Positions 37,316-51,555 of a stretch of DNA of 64,000 nucleotides are shown piece by piece (position 1 is the first letter of the stretch; each line of letters opens with the position of its first letter). The translations under genes and the position numbers were made by a program. The stretch lies in contig NC_042999.1 in assembly GCF_006345805.1 (NCBI RefSeq), positions 45,074,001-45,138,000 of the forward strand, in the 5' to 3' direction. The DNA comes from Octopus sinensis. Its lineage: Eukaryota. The notes below the pieces were generated by a model. It did no database searches. It saw only the letters and a program-made list of their open reading frames with translations, and had not been told where the DNA came from.

Positions 37316-38925
37316 ATGGAGATTAAGTTAGGGTGTGTAAATGTTAAGGTGAAGCCTGGGGTAGAAATGGAAACAAACTTGTCTCCTGAACGACCTTAGG
37401 TCACTAGATATAGACGCTTATATTGTGACTGAGTCCAAGCTGAACAGGCCACAAGCATTCTTGCCTTTTCTAAATGGCTATGAGAAATTTATTTCTCCTA
37501 GTCGGCGGGGAGGCAAGGGTGTAGTGGTCTTATTCAGGAAAAACTTAGACGTACAGCTAATTACAGTCTTTCTGGACCCAGAGGGTAGGCTAGTCGTCCT
37601 GGATGTGACACACGTAAGTAAAGTCCTTCAGGTTGGTAGCTGTCTATGCTCCTAAGGAGTGTAGACAAGCTGTTTTTTTCCAGGACCTGGAGAACTTCTT
37701 AGTGACGTCAAAAACTCTAGTTGTACTAGGAGACGTTAACATTATTCTTGATGCACGGGTGGATAGTGTTGATAGAAGGGGAAACCCTGGCCTCAAAAGG
37801 CTACTAGGAAGCTATAATCTAATAGACCGTTACAGACTGGATGAACCGCTCATTCCACAGTGGATGTGGACTAATAACAACGGTTCACTCAGATCTTATT
37901 TAGATAGGATATCCATTAGGGATAGAGGTAGGAATACGTTTAGTTGTCCACACTTTTATTGTTCCCTGACATGGATCACAAGTTTGTGACGTGTGAGGTG
38001 TACCTAGATAAATGTCATAGGCAGGGACCAGGATACTGGAAGATAAACAAGTCTATTTTGACTTGTAAAACCTTCCGTGCCTGGGTTAAGGAGTTAGTGC
38101 AGAGAGCATTAACCGGTGCCATCATTAATAATAGTTGGTGGTGTGCCCCCAAGGAGGCCATTCGTTCTGATTTAGTAAACAGCTAAGTCTAGAGAAGACT
38201 AGACTAGAAGGGAGCCTAATTAAGGAATTAGATGAGGCCATGGAATCTAGCTCTGCATCTGGAGTAATGGCGGCGAAAGTGTTTTTTTTTTCTGTCATCT
38301 CAAAGCCAAACACGAAGGGTGTAGAGTCAGATCTAAGCTTCATGCGGTGGGGAGGGAGGGTATTAATGTTGCTGGATGGGCATGTCGTGTGGAGAGTCGG
38401 AGAGGCATAGAAGCCTCTATCCAGTCTTTAACGGACGAACATGGGCATACGATTGGAGGACAGGAGGAGATGCAAAAGGCTTTTCACCAGCATTTGGCTC
38501 AGCTGTTCGGGGAGAGTGGTGGGCTGGACCGTGGGGAGTCCCTAAAGAACTTTCTCGCCGGTGGGCCGTGGCTCTCGGCACGGGAGGCGGAATGCTGTGA
38601 AGGGTCATTTACGGCTACGGAATTTGAAGAGGCCCTGGCTGAGTGCGCCAGGGACAAGTCGCCGTGGCTGGATGGTCTGGCCTATGAATTTTATTGTAGT
38701 ATGCCGGACTTATTCGGACACTTGCTGGCCTGCGTCTACACAAACTGGCAGCAGAATGGGAGGATTCCCAACTCTGTGAGTCGGGGAGTAGTGATGCTGA
38801 TCAGAAAAAATCCAAGGGGGACTATATTAGTAATTTTAGGCCCTTAACTCAACTTAATGAAGAGTTAAAGATTTTGGTCGAGGTGCTAGCAAAAAGGTTG
38901 GCATATATCGTGGAGAAACTGCGGG
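37316..38925 (+). pseudogene. Tx1/L1-like LINE ORF2: APE endonuclease and start of RT, disrupted and 3'-incomplete
   Basis: VTESKL, GGKGVVVLF, DPEGRLVVLDV, VAVYAP, VLGDVNII, SYLDRI, DHKFV, GPGYWKINKSIL, KSPWLDGLAYEFY, FRPLTQLN, KILVEVLAKRL. Confidence 0.88.
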
Positions 38926-39344
38926 CGCTGGTTTATATGTGGTGGTGTTGGTGGTGGTGGAAGTCTTGGCGAGGCGTGTAGAGAGAGACAGAGACAGAGT
39001 GAGCGAGTGGGAGATTTCGTGTGCGTGCGCTAGTTTATATAAGGTGGTGGTGGTGGTGGAGGAAGTCTTGGCGAAGCGAGTGGTAATCGAAAGAGGGAGA
39101 GAGAGACAGAGTGAGGCCGAGAGAGAGAGACAGACAGACAAGTGAGGCCGAGAGAGAGAGAGAGAGAGAGGGAAGTGGTCAAGAACACGAGGGAGGAAAA
39201 TATTCTTTTGGGATCTGCGTAGCATAATTTAACGAGACATCAAAAGTTGATAATAGTAAAATAGACTTGAAAAATCTGATACACACACACACACACACAT
39301 ATGTAATAGCATGTAAATATTGGGTAAAAAACACCTTTTAAATA

Positions 39345-39642
39345 GATAAAGTCTTTGGATGGTTGATGCTGGTCCCATCGGCCTGACTCCCATGCCAGTG
39401 GCACATAAAAAGCACCATACAAGTGTAGTCAATGCCAGTGCCACCTGACTGGCTCTGTGTCGGTAGTACGTAAAAAGCACCCCCTACATTCTTAGAGTGG
39501 TTGGTATCAGCAAGGGCACCCAGCTGGAGAAACCTTATCAGATCAGATTGGAGCCTGGTGCAGCCTCCTGACTTGTCAGTTCTCAATCAAACCGTCCAAT
39601 CCATGTCAGCATGGAAAGAAGACGTTAAAAGATAATGATGAC
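39345..39642 (+). mobile_element. Family B copy
   Basis: gtggcacataaaaagcacc...aagggcacccagctggagaaacc...catggaaagaagacgttaaaagataatgatg. Confidence 0.75.
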
Positions 39643-40199
39643 ATTTTGCCTGTTAGCATTTTGTGTCAGCAGTCACATTTTGATATATTTATTGAGATCA
39701 AATTTTGACTGTTAGGATTTTTGACTGTTAGGATCTTACACCACAAGATACTTTATAAAATTCCATGCAAGAATAGATTAATTATGGAAACCATACCTAT
39801 ATTGCAATATGATGCCGAAATTCACATGCAGACACAATATCAAAAAGAAAATGAATAAATAAAATAACCTAGCCGGCAAAATTTGACTGCAAAAAAACAT
39901 TCAACTGCTGATGCATAAAGCTAATAGTAAAAAACCCATTATTGGGAAGGTTTACACAATTTCAAGCAGTATATAAGAAACAACACAAATGCCAAATATA
40001 TTAAATCCTTTTCTTGGTAATGTGACTGTGATGGTTTGGAAAATTCGTTTATGTCTATAGGAAGTCTCCACTCTCCTGTTTTTGTTCCCAACATTGACCC
40101 CCCCATGAATCCAAAATTTAATTTTGGAATTTATAGGAGCAACTGTCTTCGAAGACTCATATTGTCGTTGAATGCTCGAAATGAGGACTAGATAGACAG

Positions 40200-40492
40200 C
40201 CAACGACTAATGACAGGTCGTTCTCTGTTACTTGTCCTGCTTTCAATTTTTTTCTCTTGTTTGTGTATTTAACTTGTTTGTTTTCATACTTCATGTTGTT
40301 TACACAGTTGTTGACGTCTTGTACCCATACATGCATGTGTTTTTCTCTCTCTGTGTATCTTTCTGTTGAAGAGCGTAGGCTCGAAACGTTAAAGACTTGT
40401 TTTATTTATATTTCCTGAGCGCCATACTAATACAATTGTTCGTTTGTTTTCCACCTGCCTTCGTCTTTTGTTTATTTTCATAAAGCTTCCCG

Positions 40493-40495
<3 letters not shown>
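40200..40495 (+). mobile_element. Penelope-terminus remnant with mutated minimal hammerhead (40358-40395)
   Basis: tcttt CTGTTGA a gagc gtag gctc GAAA cgT T aaaga. Ends in (TA)n. Same family as 55900-56048. Confidence 0.65.
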
Positions 40496-40544
<49 letters not shown>

Positions 40545-40576
40545 TATATATATATTATATATATATATATATATAT

Positions 40577-40796
40577 TAACAATTGAGGATAAAATCTTTA
40601 AAAGAAATTATCAGTAGTCAGCGTGAAAAACCTCGTAAGAGAAAAAATCCGTAAATTCTTCCTCTTTGAAAATATTCATTTATATTATATTGAGGGTACT
40701 ACTATTCGTAGATACCAACACGCTAAGAGGGACCAATGCGGTCAAAACTACTAAAAATAAACAAAATTTTACCGAATGCAAAACTTCAAAACACAG

Positions 40797-40800
<4 letters not shown>
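40577..40800 (-). mobile_element. Penelope-terminus remnant
   Basis: The minus-strand end ttttatcctcaattgtt matches the tail end at ~8385-8405 (ttttaccctcaattgtt). Lies between (TA)n tracts. Confidence 0.5.
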
Positions 40801-40891
<91 letters not shown>

Positions 40892-41017
40892 GAAAAGCTT
40901 GAATTATATTTCATCCTTTACTTTGGAGGATTCCAAAAAGATGATTTCTAACAAAGATACTTCATATTTTGCCAGAACCTTGCTGGAGTAAGGTTTTGTG
41001 AATACGAACATATTGCT

Positions 41018-41176
41018 TGTGTTATGAGAATTTTATGGAAAGGTGTCCCATAGAACTCAACAAATTTGTTAAAAATGGAGAAGAAAAGGCGTTAAAAGTT
41101 GAAAGAATTTTTTCTCCATTTTGAACAAATTTGTTGAGTTCTATGGTATACCTTTCCACAAAATTCTCATAACACA
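41018..41176. repeat. Palindromic MITE-like hairpin
   Basis: 41018-41082 pairs with ~41112-41176, with a few mismatches. Confidence 0.75.
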
Positions 41177-41626
41177 CCATATGCATACATATATCATTTA
41201 TATTATTATTTAATTGAATGCCACACATCCATTTCCAAGTAAGTTTATCTTAATCTTTTTAATGCGACACTACTCTATACTATTTTCTCTCCCATCTTTA
41301 ATTCCTTTTTTTCCCCTCTTCACCATTTTCTATCTGTTTCTCTCTCTTTCTTGCTCTTTCTCTTTCTCTCTCTCTCTCTCTCTCGTTGCTTACACGTGAC
41401 CATCGTCCATCTTTCTTTTCCTCACATGACCTATTTTCATTTGCTGCACGATGTTATAAGGAATGGACGTCTTCTATCACTCTCTTCTATCTTTTCTCTT
41501 TTCAAAGAAAATATTTCTTCCAGTGTTCGCTATTCTGGTCTAACAACCTTCCATGTTTTTTTAACTCGTTTGTTTTCCTACTTCATTTTGTTTACAGAGT
41601 TGGTAATGTCCTGTACCTATACATGC

Positions 41627-41661
<35 letters not shown>

Positions 41662-41687
41662 TGTATGTATGTATGTATGTATGTATG

Positions 41688-41718
<31 letters not shown>

Positions 41719-41798
41719 GTATGTATGTATGTATGTATGTATGTATGTCTATATATTATTTATATGTATAAATTATATATACATATGTACAATATCAA

Positions 41799-41833
<35 letters not shown>

Positions 41834-42006
41834 CGTGTATGTGTGTGTAAATATATTTATATATATATATATAAATGTTATAATTTTTAAATCTCTCTAG
41901 AGGAGAGATACAGCAGCAGCAATGGTTATTAATATTTATTGCCAAACTACGTGGTAGTCTAGAGAAATAGAAGGAAATAGTCCTCTGGACTGCCACGTTA
42001 ATTTGG

Positions 42007-42043
<37 letters not shown>

Positions 42044-42055
42044 CACATGCATATA

Positions 42056-43307
42056 CAGGGTATCCTAAAAAGATGTATACACACACATTAGCAGCTGATA
42101 ATTCAATTGATGTTTTTTTTCTTTCCAGATGAAAGCCATTCTAATTAATGGTGGCCGTCAGACTAAGCTTTGAACAAAGGAAATTCATTCTAAAATGCTT
42201 GTTGAAGTGTGAAAACGCAGTTGAAGTGCAAAGACAGTTTAGGAGGGAGTTTGAAACAGATCAACCAATGCGACTCACCATCACTCAAATTAGAGATAAG
42301 TTTGAAGCCGATGGAACTGTTCAGAAGACCACGAACATCAGGAATGCCAACAAAGAAAGAAGGAGTACTGGAAACGAATCACCAAAGTCCAAGAAAATCT
42401 GTGTGGCAAGCGAGTCATGAGGTAGGTATTCCAAAATCGTCTGTCCTACGCATTTTGATGTGTTGTCAATGGAAAAGTTACGTTCCATGATTAGTCTGTG
42501 CTATTAATGACGATGATCCAGACTGAATAGTGCAGTATTGCAAGTGATACTTGGCACGATGTGTTGAAGATGCACACTTTCCAACAAAGATTGTGTAGAG
42601 TGATGAGGCCACATTCAAATTAAATGATTCAATTAACCACCACAACTGCACCTTGTGAGGATCTGAGAATCCACATGTTATGGTGGAACACCATGTTAAT
42701 TTACCAGGAGTTGCTGTGTAGTGTGGTTTATCATCAAGAGAATTACATGGACCATTCTTTTTTATGCTACTGTGACTAGTTCTGTTTACTTGAATTTGCT
42801 GCAACAGTCTGTCATGCCAAGCATCAAAGAAGACTTTGAAGATGAGGAGTTTTTATTTTCAGCAAGATGGGGCACCCCCACACCCTGCCATCGCTATGTT
42901 AGATCCTTCCTTGATGAGATCTTGCCAAACAGGTAGATTGGACGAAGGGGTTTCATCAAACACCCTCTACATTCACCAGACCTCACACCACTAGACATTT
43001 TTTTATGGGGATACCTAAAAGACAAAGTCTACACTATGAAGCCTGCAACGGTTGCTGATTTGAGAGCAGCCATTGAATGAGAATGCACAGAAGTACCAAA
43101 CGAATTGTTTCGTGATATTTGCAATTCCATTGATTTGTGTTGTCAGCAGTGCCTGGACCAGGATGGACGTCAGTTTGCAAACAGGCATTGACAAAACAAT
43201 TAAATAATGTCTGTAGATTCTATTAAATTTTGAAAATGATATGTCTTTTAATAAACACCTAATTTACAATTATTTAAAGTGTGTATACATTTTTTGGGGA
43301 CACCCCA
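42056..43307 (+). mobile_element. Full-length decayed Tc1/mariner transposon, DD41D (rosa/Visitor)-like
   Basis: TA-flanked TIRs cagggtatcctaaaaagatgtatacacac and gtgtgtatacattttttggggacacccca. Encodes MVAVRLSFEQRKFIL, SDEATFKLN, QDGAPPH and IGRRG..SPDLTPLD; spacing is about 41 residues, allowing for one frameshift. Confidence 0.88.
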
Positions 43308-43358
43308 TATATAATATATAATACATATATATATATATACGTATGTATATATGTGTGT

Positions 43359-44258
<900 letters not shown>

Positions 44259-44767
44259 ATATTAGGTGGGAGGGCAAAACACAACCATTTTTAAGGAACC
44301 TTAATTCCATGGTATGCACAGTTTCAAATAGTATTATGAATAAAGCCTGAAAATTAGGGTTATGTGACCCCACTCACACGTATCCCCTCGCACCCCATCC
44401 CTCCAATTAAATACCCTTATTTTCTATATGTTTCATATAATCTCTAACACATATATACTAAATTGCTTATGGATATGAAAGATTTAATCATATTTCACTG
44501 TAGAAACTTAATTTAAAACATCTGATGAGTAAAGATAGCAAAAATATTGAGATATAAGACAATTGGTAGGTAGGTACCCCTCAAACATGGTAAAATTACA
44601 ACTTTTCAATATGTGTTAAATTAATTATTAATTCTTTTTAAAAAATGTATATATTTGTTAAATGATTTTCTTTTGTTTTTCATATGTTTTCAGAACTAAA
44701 TTGTATTATAATTATACAAAAGTACATAAGTTTAAGCTGTAATAATTTAAGTTTATAAAATTATATA

Positions 44768-46933
44768 ATGGTAACTAGAAGTACAACCCAAAATTCATCA
44801 TTTGGATTTTTTGCAGAATTTCCAACAGCAATAACCCTATCAAAGGCTGATGTATTCCGACATTATTTATACATAAGAAAACATGAAGAACAGCTATCAA
44901 AAACTTCACCCACAATGAAGGAATGCTACTGGATTGTTGCTGCAGATTTGCAAACAATGTGACAAATTTTCTTTTCCTTATATTGGGTTTGAGGGAATAG
45001 CTTTAAAAATTGAGAGATTGATTGAATCTGTTTATAAATTAAACAAAATACTTATCAAGCAAAGAGGTGATAGTTTTGGTAAGAAATAAGAGGAGTTCAA
45101 TGAAATGTTTGATGTATGCATCTGCACATGTTATGACAAGCAAATAAAAAGATCTTAGTGTAGGTGTGACATAAGAATACCAATTATGGAATGGGAATCA
45201 TTTGTTGGACAGAAAAAAAGACTTAATCAGTTAGGACCTGTAGACAGGGAAATAACTTCAGGTAGAAAAAGAAATGCAGATAGAGCACAAAGATTTGAAA
45301 ACAGGAAGGCAAAGATGCACTTACATGTGGACGTGGCTTTAACTAGTTATCAATGCCCAGGTGATATTAATGAAGATATTTGTGACTCATGTGACGATGA
45401 TGATGATGGCATCGACTTTGTTCCTGACAATGAACTGAGAGGAAACCAACAAAACAGATTTACTTATGAGAATCAAGTCATCATAGCAGACAGATATCAA
45501 GTAAGTTGCAGAGCTGCTGCTGCCATTGTTAATGCCGCCTTGAAAGATATGGAAATTTTAAATGATACAAATATGTTTGATAAGAAAAGAGTTGAATGAG
45601 AAAGAAAAAGAGTTGGAAAAAACAATATTATAAAAATGCAAACAGAAAATACAAAGTTTGACTGCATCGGTTTTGATAGCACAAAGGATGAAACTAAAAC
45701 AGCAAGAGGGATGAAAAGTAAAGAGCACTATGTTATTGTAAAAGAGCCTGGTGATGAGTATTTAGATCACGTTTCCCCAGAAAATGGAACAGCTTGTTGC
45801 ATTGCAGAAGAAACTATTACTTTTTTAATTGATTCTGACAGTCAAGAAAGTATCAAGGCTGTATTATATGATAGTACTTCTCATTAAACACTGGTCATTT
45901 AGGAGGGGTAATTAAAATAATAGAATTATACTTAAATAAACCACTCCAGTGGTTGATATGCCAGCTACATACAAATGAGCTTCTGTTTCGACATGTATTT
46001 GAATCCACAGATGGAAAAACAAGAGGACCATGAACATCAAAAGGCTTAATTGGCAATAAAATTAAAGAAGATGTAACAAACTTAAAGATAATCAAATTTT
46101 CTCCAGTAAAAATTAAAATGAAGGAATTGCTAGTAGGAGTTGTTGATACTTTAAGCTCAGATCAAAAATATCTGTATGAAATGCGCCTCAGTAATGAGAC
46201 GGGGGTTGTTTCTGAGCAGTTAGCAGCAGGATCACCAGGTAAAATCCATCATGCAAGGTGCAAACAGAATTCTTCACTTATATGTTTCGGAAAAATATCC
46301 CCAAAAGAATATTATGGATCTTGTTAAAATTATGACGTAAGTTTATGCTCCAAGCTGGTTCTAGATTACATCTTGCCCAAAGTTACATAAAAGAGCATGT
46401 AATTTTTGGAATATGGTACATCTAATGCAAGATATGAACCAAAATCATACAGAAGTTATGGAGAAAGCGTTAAAAATTAATTCGTATTTTGCCCATCCAG
46501 AGAATATTTTATTGACTATTCTGAATGATGGAAGAAGACAAATTAGAGAAGTAGCGATTCAGTGAATTATTAAAGCAAGAACTTTTCCCTGGATTCCCCA
46601 TGTAGAATTAAGGAATTTCAAACTTCCAAGCAAAATTAATTTTGAAGCACAGAATTATGTTGATTTGGTTAACTGGGAAAATGAAGTTACAACATCCCCT
46701 CCAATTTTATGGAACTTTACATATGTTGATCTTCTTAAAGCTCATTCAGGATCGTTAACAGCAATACCTCTTTCCTGTCATAACTAATACTCGAGCGTGC
46801 TATCAATTTAGTGACAAAAGCATTGGAAGTCAGAATAGGCTACAAAAATAGGCACAAATTCATATCAAATGTACAGATATCAAGAAAAAGTTTACCTCAA
46901 TTTGACTGGAAAAGACAATGGTCACTTAATTAA
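44768..46933 (+). pseudogene. hAT-like transposase pseudogene
   Basis: IGFDSTKDET, KEHYVIVKEPGDEYLDHV, LYDST..NTG, PLQWLICQLHTNEL (CxxH), LSSDQKYLYEM, YFAHPENILL, CH..ERAINLVT. Multiple stops and frameshifts. Confidence 0.7.
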
Positions 46934-47002
46934 ATAATAAATATTATTAATGCTTAATTTATGGTGTTTACTGTTCACATATTTTGTTTGAGGTTTACTC
47001 TC

Positions 47003-47597
47003 CCTTTTACTCTTTTTTCTTGTTTCAGTCATTTGAAATTGACCCCAGTACTTATTCTTTGTAAGCCTAGTACTTATTCTATCGGTCTCTTTTGCTGAAC
47101 TGCTAAGTTATGTGGACATAAACACACCAGCATCAGTTATCAAGCGATGGAGGGGGGGGGGTCGGAACAAACACAGACACAAATGCACACACGTATACTC
47201 TCTCTCTTTTACTCTTTTACTTGTTTCAGTCATTTGACTGCAGCCATGCTGGAGCACCACCTTTAATCGAGCAACTCGACACCGGGACTTATTCTTTTGT
47301 AAGCCCAGTACTTATTCTATCGGTCTCTTTTGCCGAACCGCTAAGTAACGGGGACATAAACACACCAGCATCGGTTGTCAAGCAATGCTAGGGGGACAAA
47401 CACAGACACACAAACACGCATATATATGAATATATATGACGGGCTTCTTTCAGTTTCCGTCTACCAAATCCACTCACAAGGCTTTGGTCAGTCTGAGGCT
47501 ATAGTAGAAGACACTTGCCCAAGGTGCCATGCAGTGGGACTGAATCTGGAACCATGTGGTTGGTAAGCAAGCTACTAACCACACAGCCGCTCCTGTG
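47003..47597 (-). mobile_element. Full-length SINE family A (47200-47597) plus an extra body copy (47003-47190)
   Basis: Head, internal short microsatellite, body and (AGTAAAAG)n-like tail are all present. Confidence 0.85.
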
Positions 47598-48399
47598 CTT
47601 GTGCATAGTTTTTTTTTATTGCATATAATAGTCATTAAGAATTTACAATTTTTAATGTTGAATGTGCTTTTCTTAATATAAGCTTTTTTTATAAAAAAAA
47701 GATTGAATAGAAACTATATAAATAAATAAAGATGCCAATAACTGTTTTTTTTGGGGAGGGGGCGGGATTGTGGGTGGGTTGCATATAATTTATAAAAAGT
47801 TATATAGGTAATATTTAACCAATACAAAGTTAATAACATTAAAACAAGTTTACAGTTCCTTAAATTTTCAGTATTCAAAACGCAGAATTAGGGGTGGTGG
47901 AGCTATGTGAGGGGTAGGGGTGGTCGCATACTTTTTAAAATCTACTAATTTATTTCTCACCCCAAAATGAACACCAAGAAATATGTGGACTCAGAATATA
48001 AAATATCAACTCCACTCCCTAATATATACATACCATATATTCTGGATTATAAGATACATTTTTTTTCCAGAATTTCCCTCTGAAATGTCACCCTGTGCCT
48101 TATATGTTTAAGGTAAGGCTTTGGTTAGATTTGGTCAGTGTTATTAATGATGGACAATATTGGTGATAGTGGAGATCAGTGATGATATTTGATAATGTTA
48201 AAGTAATAGGGTAACTTAGCCTACCAAAGGGTTTCAGTAAATTTTCATGGTTCCTATATATGAAAATGTGAGACAATCAACCAGAGGATTCAGGGTAAGC
48301 TGCAATTTTATTTTTTCGGACATTAGGCCTGCAAAAATTGGGGTGTGCCTTATATTATGCCTGTGCAACTTACATGCCTCAAAATACAGTACATATATA

Positions 48400-48612
48400 T
48401 AAATAGTTAATCTGAACATGAAAACACAAAGAGAAAACACAACAACACAATGACGTGGAACAAGTATAGTGTTATTGGACGCCCAGGAAAGGAATGAAAG
48501 AAGGAGGATTTAACGTTTCGAGCAGAGCTCTTCATCAGAAACATAGAAAAAGGAAAGATCCAAGGAAGGGAAGACAGAGAAAGAAAATCGCCAATGATAC
48601 ACACACGGTCAC
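48400..48612 (-). mobile_element. Penelope-terminus remnant with minimal hammerhead (48508-48542)
   Basis: Minus strand: gttt CTGATGA a gagc tct gctc GAAA cgT T aaat. Same family as 60772-60985. Confidence 0.7.
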
Positions 48613-48772
48613 ATATATATATACTTGCACATGTATGTGTGCATGCACATACACACAAACACATGCAGACATACAAACACACATACATACAAGGATACAT
48701 GTATAAATACATAGATTACCTATTTTCGAGTGAGATGTGTGTTAATGTATATGTATGTGTAAAACTTATGTG

Positions 48773-48990
48773 TATGAGAGGGTGATGAAAAGTTCCTGGC
48801 TTTCAGTGTATAACGAAAGGCCTGGTTGAAGGCCTATTCTTCCGAGTTCTTTTACAAGGCTTTGAAAAACTGAAGGACCACTGCAATAACCATGTAAATC
48901 AGAAAGGGGAATATGTTGAATAAAATCAAAAGTGATCCTCCTCTATTTTCTTTTAGCCCAAGGCCAGTAAATTCTCAACACTGGCTCATA
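48773..48990 (+). mobile_element. Mariner-derived MITE
   Basis: TA-bounded tatgagagggtgatgaaaagttcc...ctcata. The interior retains the transposase C-terminus (KGEYVE*). A second degenerate copy lies at ~50710-50885. Confidence 0.65.
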
Positions 48991-49317
48991 TGTATATGTT
49001 AGATGTCTGTCTCCAGAAGTACAAACACATTTACTGTGACAATGAGGTCTGAATTCATGACTGTGGTTTCAATAGTCCAGTACCTTAATGACATGGTTGC
49101 AGTACTTCACAACAGACAGACAGACAGATAGACAGACATACACACACACACACACAAACACACATGTTTATTGTATTAATGAAAATACAGGAGTAGTGGT
49201 TAATGATAATTAGATATGAAACCCTAGGCAACACAGTGCCATATAATTCAGTGAAACTGAGACAATACTCACACACTCACACACTCTCATGTATAAATAT
49301 ATATATATATATATATA

Positions 49318-49763
49318 TCATCATCATCATCATCATCGTTTAACGTCCGTTCTCCATGCTAGCATGGGTTGGACGGTTCGACCGGGGTTCTGGGAAGCCA
49401 GAAGGCTGCACCAGGCTCCAGTCTAATATATATATATATATATATATATACATACAAACACACACACATATATATATATCATATTATGTATAGTTACTTC
49501 TATATATATATGTATAAATATATGTTATATATGTTTGTATATTTATATATGTATGTTGTATATATATATATATATGTATTATATATATATATCTATGTAC
49601 ATCATCATCATCATCATCATCATTTAACGTCCGTTTTCCGCGCTAGCACGGGTTGGACGGTTTCGACCGGGGTCTGGGGAGCCAGGGGCTGCCCCAGGCT
49701 CCAGTCTGGTCTGGCAGTGTTTCTACAGCTGGATGCCCTTCCTAACGCCAACCACTCCACAAG
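49318..49763 (-). mobile_element. Two family B 3' fragments (49318-49425, 49601-49763)
   Basis: Each begins with (CAT)n ttaacgtccgtt and is cut off by (TA)n. Confidence 0.8.
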
Positions 49764-49803
49764 TGTATATATATATATATGTATATATATGTGTATATAT
49801 ATA

Positions 49804-49836
<33 letters not shown>

Positions 49837-49894
49837 GCATATATAAGGCATGTATATATATATATATATATTATATATATATATATATATATAC

Positions 49895-49947
<53 letters not shown>

Positions 49948-50119
49948 TGTATATATATACATATATGTACATATATAAATGTGAAGTTTTGTAGCAAGTA
50001 ACCGTCAATCTGAACTCTTAAATATTGGTTTTCTGTAATTTTAAGTATGTAATTATTCTTGGAATTGGAATGATGCCTGAAACATTTAAGCGCTGGTCAC
50101 AAGTTCAAAAGTTTTCCAA

Positions 50120-50189
50120 AGGTGTAATATACATCATCATCATCACCCTCATCACAATCGCCCTCTTGCTGCTGTTGCTGCTGCTGCTG

Positions 50190-50240
<51 letters not shown>

Positions 50241-50241
50241 T

Positions 50242-50272
<31 letters not shown>

Positions 50273-50330
50273 ACCACAACCACAACCACCACTTCCCTCC
50301 TCCTCCTCATTATGATCATCATCATCACTT
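50120..50330. repeat. Compound (CAT)/(CTG)/(CTA)n microsatellite
   Basis: Direct reading. Confidence 0.95.
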
Positions 50331-50885
50331 TCTGTGTGTGTGTGTGTACATGTTATATGCTTCTGTGTGTGAGTGTGTGTGTAGCTATTCATCTATATTC
50401 ATAGACACATGCATTCATATGGCTTCATCATCAAAATTGTTTTAACTCCCATTTTTCTGTGGTTTCATGGATCAGATGAAATTCATTGAACCAGATTTTC
50501 CATGACCAGTTGCCATTCCTGTCAACAAGTTTCATCTGCTTCCATGTAAGACTTTATTTCCCATGATGCTCCAAACATGAACAGTACAATAGCTGGACAT
50601 CATTATGCAGAATATTGCAGATGAATGGCATCAATTGTACGAGAATGACAGTTTACAACCGGCAGAGATCTCAAGGAGACATGGACACACACACACACAT
50701 ACATATGCATACACGTACACTGAAAAGTTCATGACTTCAAGGGTATTGCAGAAAGCTTGGTTGAAGGCTCAGCCATCTGAGTTCTTTTACAGGGCTGAGA
50801 AAAACTGAAGGACCACTGCAATAAGTGGGGGAATATGAGGGGAGAATATGTTAAATAAAATCATAATTAACTGATTCTCTTTTTC

Positions 50886-51523
50886 TGGAGGCCTTCTGAC
50901 AAATTCTTGCTTATTAGGAAGTGAAACGACCCATGTTACACAATGAAAACAGTGAGGTTTGTGGGCTGAGAATCTGATGCTTTGGGAATACATAGAAAGT
51001 GATGGTTCAAGAAAGTTGGTTAAAATTGAAGGTAACTTGAATAGTACCAAATACATCCAGGACAATTTGATACCAGACTTGGATGAAGGTAAGATTTTTC
51101 AGCATGACGAAGCTCCATGCCACAGATCATGTGCAACACAATAGAGTCTAGCTGATGAAGGTGTTACTGTATTGAAAGGTAGATCAGCTCAGAGACCTGA
51201 CTTAAGTATTATTGAGCAAATGTGGACAGAACTAAAGAGAAATTTGTCAGAAGAATCCATGCAATCTTGAGGAGTTACGGGAGCTCAGCCACACAGAATG
51301 GCATCTCATATCTATGAAGATGGTGAAAGATTTGTATGCATATCTTCCCAGCTGCATTGAAGCAATTATTAAAACTAAGGGAAGCCACACAAAATATTAA
51401 CAATGTACAGTAACTTGAAATGAACGTTATGTAATAAATTTTCATTACAGACATTTTTCTGTCTTAAAGCACTGTATCTTGATTGGTTTAAGTGAGGTGG
51501 CTGAAAACTTTTGCACAGCCATT
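50886..51523 (+). pseudogene. 3' half of a Tc1-like (DD34E-type) transposon
   Basis: KLVKIEGNLNSTKY, IFQHDEAPCHRS, AQRPDLSIIEQMW; terminal gtggctgaaaacttttgcacagc TIR. Confidence 0.8.
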
Positions 51524-51555
51524 TATATATATATTATCATAAGAGATATATATAT

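Larger units (their letters stand above)
44261..48022 (+). mobile_element. hAT-like DNA transposon (ends tentative)
   Basis: Both ends read TTAGG inward and have similar C-rich subterminal motifs (tatg(t/c)gacc). Encloses the transposase remnant and a SINE insertion. Confidence 0.45.
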
